Part shown: positions 58,267 through 64,000 of the stretch, one piece after another
How positions within the stretch are numbered: the first letter of the stretch is position 1
Layout of the letters: each line of letters begins with the position of its first letter
NCBI GenBank assembly: GCA_964493305.1
Contig: CAZBLW010000001.1
Location: forward strand, 473,513-537,512
DNA: 64,000 nt
Reading direction: 5' to 3'
From: an uncultured Gammaproteobacteria bacterium
GTDB taxonomy: Bacteria; Patescibacteriota; Patescibacteriia; S139-126
The notes under the pieces: model-generated
Databases searched by the model: none
Seen by the model: only the letters and a program-made list of their open reading frames with translations
What the model was told of the DNA's origin: nothing
Position numbers and translations under genes: made by a program

Positions 58267-59356
58267 AATAAATATCTCGCAAATTTTTTATTATATTTAC
58301 CCAGTTATAATAATTTTCTACCTTAGTCCGAGCTTGTAAACCCCATCGCTGTTGCAGTTCTTCATGAGTTAATAAAAAATCCAGTTGTTTAGCTAAATCA
58401 GATACACTATTGGGCTTGACCAACAAACCAGTTTGTTCATGACTGACTACTGACCTGACGCCTGGCAAATTGGACGCGATTGTCGGTACACCACAAGCCA
58501 TGGCCTCCAACAAAACTATACCAAATGCCTCAGTCTTATCTATACTAGGCAAACAAAAAACATAAGCTGATTGATATAAACGTAATAATTCATCATTTGT
58601 TTGCTGACCAGTAAACCAAACTTTTTTATCAATATTTAATTCCCCAGCTAAATTTTTGTAGTCAGTCATCAACTCCCCACTGCCAACTATAATCAAACGC
58701 CAATTCTCATTAGTTAAATTACTACAGGCCTTAATCAAGTTACCCACTCCTTTAAAATAATGATTACGATCCAATCCACCCACAAATAATATGTTTTTTT
58801 GAACCATTTTTTTATCTGTCGGTGGTACAAATATCTCATCAGGAGCAAACGGTAAAGCAATAAATTTTTCTTGATTATTTTGATAATAAAAATTTATTTC
58901 ACTACTTTTTAAATAATCAAAGGATGATACTAATATTACATCTGCTTGTTTTAATAACCAAGGTAAGAAAAATTTTTGATACAACCAAAAAAATTTACCC
59001 AACCAACCTTGTCCTACTAAATCGTGATGATAAAAAACAATTAATTTTTTATTTTTATTTAGCTTACGCCAGATAGCAACAACTTCTGCTAAACCAAAAG
59101 CCGGATAGTGCAATTGGACAACAGCAAATTTGTCTAACCGCCACAACAACTGCGGACAAAAACCTGCCTTGCCCCAACGTGGCCAGGCTTTAAGATAATG
59201 GCATTTAAAAGCAAATTCATTTTTAATTCCATAATCTATTGTAAAAACTTCAACCGACTCACCTAACTGAGACAAACCTTTAGCGTACTGCCAAGCAACT
59301 TGGCCAATACCGCCACGATAAGGAGGAAAAATAGCTGTGACTTGTGCAATTTTCAT
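58259..59356 (-). CDS. Family-4 (GT-B) glycosyltransferase
   Basis: EAMACGVPTIASN is the GT1/GT4 E-x7-E region. Confidence 0.8.
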   Translation of the reverse strand: MKIAQVTAIFPPYRGGIGQVAWQYAKGLSQLGESVEVFTIDYGIKNEFAFKCHYLKAWPRWGKAGFCPQLLWRLDKFAVVQLHYPAFGLAEVVAIWRKLNKNKKLIVFYHHDLVGQGWLGKFFWLYQKFFLPWLLKQADVILVSSFDYLKSSEINFYYQNNQEKFIALPFAPDEIFVPPTDKKMVQKNILFVGGLDRNHYFKGVGNLIKACSNLTNENWRLIIVGSGELMTDYKNLAGELNIDKKVWFTGQQTNDELLRLYQSAYVFCLPSIDKTEAFGIVLLEAMACGVPTIASNLPGVRSVVSHEQTGLLVKPNSVSDLAKQLDFLLTHEELQQRWGLQARTKVENYYNWVNIIKNLRDIYYV

Positions 59357-59360
59357 AAAA

Positions 59361-60395
59361 CTACCATCTTACTAAAAATCTAAAAATTACAAAATAAACT
59401 TTAGCTAAAGGGTTGAATAAATAATCAATAAACGGACTGGATAGACCTTCAAAATCTAATTTAGAGGTCATTAATTTAATTAACTGTCGATCAGACAATA
59501 TTCGAAAACGACGATACTTAAAACGATTGAAAAAAATATGTGGTACTAACCGTAAAAATCCCCACCAGGAAAGAAACTTATACTTAGTCCACCCAGTAAA
59601 AAAAGCATATACCAACATGGCTATCTCGGTAAAAATTATAAAAGGTAACAATAAAACTAAACTCAAGAAACGATAATAAGTAAAAATAACAACTAAACGG
59701 TTTCGTTCTGCATAATAAAACTTTTTGGTACCAAATGAAAAAGTATATTTATGAAATGCTTTAGAATTCGGAGCAAGATAAATCTCATAACCCGCCAATC
59801 TAGCTCGCCAACTTAAATCCACATCTTCATGATACATAAACAATTTTTCATCAAACTCGCCTATTTTTTCTATGACCTCCAATTTAATCAACAAGCTACT
59901 ACCTGAGGCAATGACTATTGGCTGGGAATTTAAAAACTGACTGCTTAAACTTTTAAAACCTCCTGACCAAGAAAAACCTGCAAAATGCAGGGGGTTACCA
60001 GCGGTATTAATGCGATATTTTTCCTGAAAAAAAAGTACCTTTGATTGTACAATACCTATCTGCGGCTGGCTGTCAGCCAATTTAACCAGCTCTGCCAACC
60101 AATCAATATCCACTTCCATATCAGGATTTAGTAAAACAAAACGATTGTATCCTTGTTGTTTAGCCCAAGTTATCCCAACATTATTGCCACCAGCATAACC
60201 ATTATTTTTATTTTTAATAACAGTAATTTGTGAAAAATTTTTTTTGACAAAATCAACTGTATCATCGGCCGAATTATTATCAACCAAAATGACTTGAAAA
60301 TGATCTTGATAACTTTGTTGCAAAACTGACTGTAAACAATCGTTTATTTGTTGACGATTGTTGTAAGTGACTATAATAACCGCTACTTGGGACAT
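59361..60395 (-). CDS. Family-2 glycosyltransferase with C-terminal TM anchor
   Basis: VAVIIVTYNN and DNNSADDT motifs are present. The start was moved to the ATG at 60393-60395, which abuts the DUF2304 stop; the track ORF extends to 60482. Confidence 0.75.
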   Translation of the reverse strand: MSQVAVIIVTYNNRQQINDCLQSVLQQSYQDHFQVILVDNNSADDTVDFVKKNFSQITVIKNKNNGYAGGNNVGITWAKQQGYNRFVLLNPDMEVDIDWLAELVKLADSQPQIGIVQSKVLFFQEKYRINTAGNPLHFAGFSWSGGFKSLSSQFLNSQPIVIASGSSLLIKLEVIEKIGEFDEKLFMYHEDVDLSWRARLAGYEIYLAPNSKAFHKYTFSFGTKKFYYAERNRLVVIFTYYRFLSLVLLLPFIIFTEIAMLVYAFFTGWTKYKFLSWWGFLRLVPHIFFNRFKYRRFRILSDRQLIKLMTSKLDFEGLSSPFIDYLFNPLAKVYFVIFRFLVRW

Positions 60396-60396
60396 G

Positions 60397-60750
60397 TTAT
60401 TTTTTTTCTTTATCTTGATCTTGTTTGTTTTGAATAGCCAGGTGTCGGATAATCTTGGTAAGATTTTGTTCCAAGTTATCAATTTTAACTACTAAGCGAA
60501 ATAAAATATAAAAAAGTAATGGGATGGAAATATAAACAACCAAATCAACTCCCCGACCAGAAGCTAAACCTAACTTACCAGCGACTAAATCGGTTGTTTT
60601 TGGCCATAATATCGCCAATCCAGCTAATAGCCAAAACAAACTCCAGACCAACCATTCAACACGACTAATATCATGTTGACGCCAACGTAACCAGATTCGG
60701 TAAATAGCAAATAAAACCAACAACAATAATAAATATTGTATTATATTCAT
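60397..60750 (-). CDS. DUF2304-family small membrane protein (GT2 partner)
   Basis: A 117-aa protein with three TM segments, placed between two GT2 genes. This pairing is typical of DUF2304. Confidence 0.5.
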   Translation of the reverse strand: MNIIQYLLLLLVLFAIYRIWLRWRQHDISRVEWLVWSLFWLLAGLAILWPKTTDLVAGKLGLASGRGVDLVVYISIPLLFYILFRLVVKIDNLEQNLTKIIRHLAIQNKQDQDKEKK

Positions 60751-60751
60751 A

Positions 60752-61417
60752 TTAACGTATTAATTTTCCCAATAATAAATCGCGAATAATTTTAAATCCG
60801 CCACTAATATTTTGTCCATATTCATAATATCTAATTGTCACTGGAATTTCTTGAAATTTAAAATTAAATTTTTTTATTTTTTCAACTATTTCTGTATTAT
60901 GAGCCATCCGATCTTGAGTAATGGTTATCTGTCTAGCAGCTCGCCTGGATAGCGCCCGGAAACCATTGTGAGCATCAGTTAACCAAAGTCTGGTAAACCA
61001 ATAATTAATAATTTTGGCTAGAGGGTGAATCAAATATTTTTTTGTCCAGGGCATATCTTTTTGCCAACTTAAAAATCTTGTTCCTAAAGTAACATCAACC
61101 TGCCCCTGAACAATTGGCTGGATCATAGCTTGAATATCGCTAGCTTGCATCTGACCGTCAGCATCAAAATGGACAACAATATCAGCCGCATCGGCTAAAG
61201 CAAAGCTATTTCCAGTTTGTAAAGCTGCGCCCATTCCCCGGTTGATTATATGTTTCAACACTACGACATTATTAACTTGAGCCTGGGTAGCAGTGTCGTC
61301 TATTGAACCATCGTCAACCACTACAATATGATGATAGTTGTGGTTATGTAAATCAGTAATAACTTTTTTTATATGATCGGCTTCGTTATAGGCAGGAATT
61401 ACAATATAAATTTTCAT
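60752..61417 (-). CDS. Polyprenol-phosphate sugar synthase-like family-2 glycosyltransferase (DPM/GtrB-like)
   Basis: MKIYIVIPAYNEADHI...VVVDDGSIDDT is a short soluble GT2 of the dolichol-P-mannose synthase type. Confidence 0.8.
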   Translation of the reverse strand: MKIYIVIPAYNEADHIKKVITDLHNHNYHHIVVVDDGSIDDTATQAQVNNVVVLKHIINRGMGAALQTGNSFALADAADIVVHFDADGQMQASDIQAMIQPIVQGQVDVTLGTRFLSWQKDMPWTKKYLIHPLAKIINYWFTRLWLTDAHNGFRALSRRAARQITITQDRMAHNTEIVEKIKKFNFKFQEIPVTIRYYEYGQNISGGFKIIRDLLLGKLIR

Positions 61418-62337
61418 AAATTATTTTTAAACCAGTCGTATGTTTCAGTCAAACCTTCAACTAAACTATATTTAGGTTGCCAATCTAAATCTTGGGTGGC
61501 TAGTTGATAAGCTAAAGAATTACGTCTGACTTCACCTGGTAAATAGGGTTTTATTTCTGGCTCGATAGCTGTCTGACAAATTTGCTGTTGTAATTTAAGG
61601 AGCTCAGCTATACTGGTAGCTCTACTAGTACCAATATTATAAACTCCATCATGCTTCGCAGTTGCTGCCAAGATTAAAGCTCGCACCACATCTTTTACAT
61701 AGACAAAATCTCTTGTTTGCTCACCGCCGCCATTGAGCTGTGGTCGCTGCTGATTAATTAATTTATTAAAAAAAATAGCTACTACACCAGCTTCTCCTTT
61801 GGGATCTTGTCTAGGACCATACACATTGGCTAAACGTAAACTTATATAAGATAAATTTTTTAAATTTTTAAAAGCTTCTAAATACAAATCGATTGTATAT
61901 TTGGCCAAACCATAAGGTGATAATGGTTTTGCTCTAGCTTGTTCTGATAGTGGCAAAATATCGTTTTCATCATAAATTGCCCCGCCACTGGAAACAAAAA
62001 TAAATTTTTTTATCTTATGCTCAGTGGATAATTTTATCAAATTAAGCGAACCTAAAATATTTACTTTGGCATCTTGATCGGGATATTGTACAGAATAGCG
62101 TACATCTTTTTGAGCAGCTAAATGAAAAATAATTTCTGGGGCAAATTGTAAAAATATTTCCTCCACCTGGGCAGTCTGACAAATATCAACTTGATAAAAT
62201 TCAACTTCACTAGGTACCAATTCTTTATGTCCAGTAGACAAATCATCAATCACCGCCAACTGATGACCCTCTTTTACTAAAGCATCAACTAAATGAGAAC
62301 CTATAAAACCAGCGCCTCCAGTTACTAAAATCTTCAT
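61414..62337 (-). CDS. NAD-dependent sugar epimerase/dehydratase (GalE-like)
   Basis: MKILVTGGAGFIGSHLVD and a YxxxK motif. Confidence 0.8.
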   Translation of the reverse strand: MKILVTGGAGFIGSHLVDALVKEGHQLAVIDDLSTGHKELVPSEVEFYQVDICQTAQVEEIFLQFAPEIIFHLAAQKDVRYSVQYPDQDAKVNILGSLNLIKLSTEHKIKKFIFVSSGGAIYDENDILPLSEQARAKPLSPYGLAKYTIDLYLEAFKNLKNLSYISLRLANVYGPRQDPKGEAGVVAIFFNKLINQQRPQLNGGGEQTRDFVYVKDVVRALILAATAKHDGVYNIGTSRATSIAELLKLQQQICQTAIEPEIKPYLPGEVRRNSLAYQLATQDLDWQPKYSLVEGLTETYDWFKNNL

Positions 62338-62340
62338 AGT

Positions 62341-63498
62341 TTAAGAAAAATATTTCCTGATCTTATTGACTAGCGATAATTTTTCCCAAGTAAAAGTACT
62401 TTCATTTCTACCAAAATGTCCATAAGCAGCCGTTGCTTTATAGATAGGTCGTAATAACTGCAAATGCTCAATTATCCCAACCGGTGTCAAAGGAAAAATA
62501 GCTCGCACCATTTTTTCTAATCTATCTTCAGAAACTTTACCAGTACCTTCTGTATTTATCATGATGGAAATTGGCGCTGCTTTACCAATCACATAAGATA
62601 GCTGTACCAAACATTTATCGGCTAATTTAGCCGCTACAATATTTTTAGCAATATATCTGGCCATATAAGCGGCGCTACGATCAACTTTTGATGGATCTTT
62701 ACCGGAAAATGCTCCTCCGCCATGTGGTGCATAACCACCATAGGTATCAACAATAATCTTTCTACCAGTCAAACCGGCATCAGCTGGTGGACCACCTTTA
62801 ACAAATTTACCAGTAGCATTTATAAAAAATCTAGTGTGGTTATCTAAATATTTTTTGGCTACAGGCGTAATCACCTTTTTCATTATATCTTGTTCAATTT
62901 TTTTGTTATTAATATGTGGTAAATGTTGAGCAGCTACTACCACTGTATCAACTCTAATTGGCTTATCGTGTTTATATTCAACTGCGACCTCGATTTTGCC
63001 ATCAGGTCCCAAATAAGGTAAAGTGTTGTTTTTTCTTACCAATGCCAACTGTTTAGCCATACGATGAGCTAACATGATTGGTAGTGGCATTAATTCGGGT
63101 GTTTCGCGACAAGCATAACCAAACATTAATCCCTGGTCACCAGCTCCCTGTTCTTTGTATTTACCTTTATTTTTATCTACGCCTTGGGATATATCGGGTG
63201 ACTGCTCATCAATAACTACCATCACGCCACAATCATCACCATGAAAACCAACCGAGTGATTATCATAACCGATTTCTTTGATAGTTTTTCTAGCAATAGC
63301 CGCAATATCAACATAACCTTTAGTTTTTATCTCACCAGCCACCACCACTAGTCCGGTTGTTGCTAAACATTCTATGCCAGCTCTAGTGTTTTTATCCTGT
63401 TTTAATAATTCATCAAGTATGGCATCGGATATCTGGTCACAAACTTTATCTGGGTGACCTTCAGTTACTGATTCAGAAGTAAAAATTGATCTTTCCAT
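62341..63498 (-). CDS. metK: S-adenosylmethionine synthetase
   Basis: [24 protein letters not shown] and [16 protein letters not shown] are MetK signatures. Confidence 0.95.
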   Translation of the reverse strand: MERSIFTSESVTEGHPDKVCDQISDAILDELLKQDKNTRAGIECLATTGLVVVAGEIKTKGYVDIAAIARKTIKEIGYDNHSVGFHGDDCGVMVVIDEQSPDISQGVDKNKGKYKEQGAGDQGLMFGYACRETPELMPLPIMLAHRMAKQLALVRKNNTLPYLGPDGKIEVAVEYKHDKPIRVDTVVVAAQHLPHINNKKIEQDIMKKVITPVAKKYLDNHTRFFINATGKFVKGGPPADAGLTGRKIIVDTYGGYAPHGGGAFSGKDPSKVDRSAAYMARYIAKNIVAAKLADKCLVQLSYVIGKAAPISIMINTEGTGKVSEDRLEKMVRAIFPLTPVGIIEHLQLLRPIYKATAAYGHFGRNESTFTWEKLSLVNKIRKYFS

Positions 63499-63512
63499 AA
63501 AAATTTTATTAA

Positions 63513-64000
63513 TTACATACCCAATAAACCTTGTTGGGCTTTCATGTATTCAATTGTTTTTGCTAAACCGGATTTTAAATCAACCAAAGGAAACCAACCC
63601 AAAGTCTCTTTGGCTTTGGTTATATCCGGCAGTCCGTGTTGCAAAATATATTGCGGTGCTTCACGATAAACAATTTTTGATTTTGATTCGGTCAATTCTT
63701 GAATGATTTTTGCTGCTTCTTCCACCATAATTTCCTTGGGGTGACCCATATTTAAAATTAAACTGCCTTCAGCTTCCATGGCTTTCAATAAACCATCAAT
63801 CAAATCTGAAATATACAAAAAAGATGTAGCAATACCTTCCTCGCCGTAAATGACTAAATCTTCTGACAATAAAGCAGAACGAATTATATCTGGGATCATA
63901 CGGGCATCATTAAATCGCATCCGAGGACCGTAAGTTTGGAAAATACGTATAATTTTTATATCCAAGTTGTGATAAATACCATAATTGTGAGTAAGACTTT
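63513..64000 (-). CDS. UDP-glucuronate decarboxylase/UXS-like SDR epimerase (C-terminal part; N-terminus beyond window)
   Basis: [11 protein letters not shown] matches the UXS/RmlB-family block RIFNTYGPRM. The ORF track starts at an internal Met and the true start is outside the window. Confidence 0.7.
   Translation of the reverse strand, partial: SLTHNYGIYHNLDIKIIRIFQTYGPRMRFNDARMIPDIIRSALLSEDLVIYGEEGIATSFLYISDLIDGLLKAMEAEGSLILNMGHPKEIMVEEAAKIIQELTESKSKIVYREAPQYILQHGLPDITKAKETLGWFPLVDLKSGLAKTIEYMKAQQGLLGM

Noticed and set aside
59361-60482. Track ORF start at 60482 for the GT2 gene, overlapping the DUF2304 gene by 86 nt.
   Set aside because: The conserved GT2 N-terminus (MSQVAVIIVTYNN) begins at the internal ATG 60393-60395. 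That ATG abuts the DUF2304 stop, so the longer N-terminal extension is probably not translated.
1-64000. Possibility of an alternative genetic code (UGA=Gly, code 25, as in Gracilibacteria/Absconditabacteria) given the CPR-like gene content.
   Set aside because: Every conserved protein reads through at full expected length with the standard code. There are no family-conserved genes broken at in-frame TGA, so the standard code (11) fits.

Overview
This 64 kb window is an AT-rich, extremely gene-dense stretch, almost all coding with frequent 1-20 nt gene overlaps. It reads well under the standard genetic code, and no in-frame UGA recoding is needed. The proteins are small and several multidomain proteins are reduced or degenerate, which fits a reduced-genome, probably monoderm bacterium of the Candidate Phyla Radiation/Patescibacteria type. 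This is an inference from composition and gene content and cannot be proven here.

Layout, in coordinate order:
- Minus strand: a priA-def-fmt operon preceded by an AMMECR1/Memo-like gene pair and a secreted repeat protein.
- Plus strand: thpR, a TagA-family glycosyltransferase, gltX, an EnvC-like M23 peptidase and a small zinc-ribbon protein.
- Minus strand: an FtsQ-like gene, serS, rdgB, lysS carrying a C-terminal HD domain, greA, secDF (SecD carries an inserted parvulin-like domain), an L,D-transpeptidase with Ca-binding repeats, a DUF1653 gene, secA and hpf.
- Minus strand: a compact dcw block, mraY, murD, ftsW, murG, murC, then a truncated MurB-like gene.
- Plus strand: a type IV pilus locus, pilB, pilC, a 941-aa pilin-like protein with lectin-like and propeller-like repeat modules, two further pilin-like genes, then pilM, pilN and pilO.
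- nfu, rpmA (clear promoter and bidirectional terminator), pyrG, rplI, ctpA, murA and a PEGA-domain protein.
- A large cell-surface glycan locus: rmlA, rmlD, rmlB, rmlC interleaved with a Nudix gene, an LRR lipoprotein, ahcY and a HIT gene; then a flippase, GT2 and GT4 transferases, a DUF2304 gene, a polyprenol-phosphate-sugar-synthase-like GT2, a very large polytopic membrane protein, an epimerase, metK and a UXS-like epimerase/decarboxylase cut by the window edge.

I found no rRNA, tRNA, CRISPR array or transposase.

The most notable element is the type IV pilus locus with its giant modular pilin, a candidate host-attachment adhesin. Other features worth a second look are the LysRS-HD fusion, the SecD-parvulin insertion, an ATPase-motif-less PriA and a MurB remnant.
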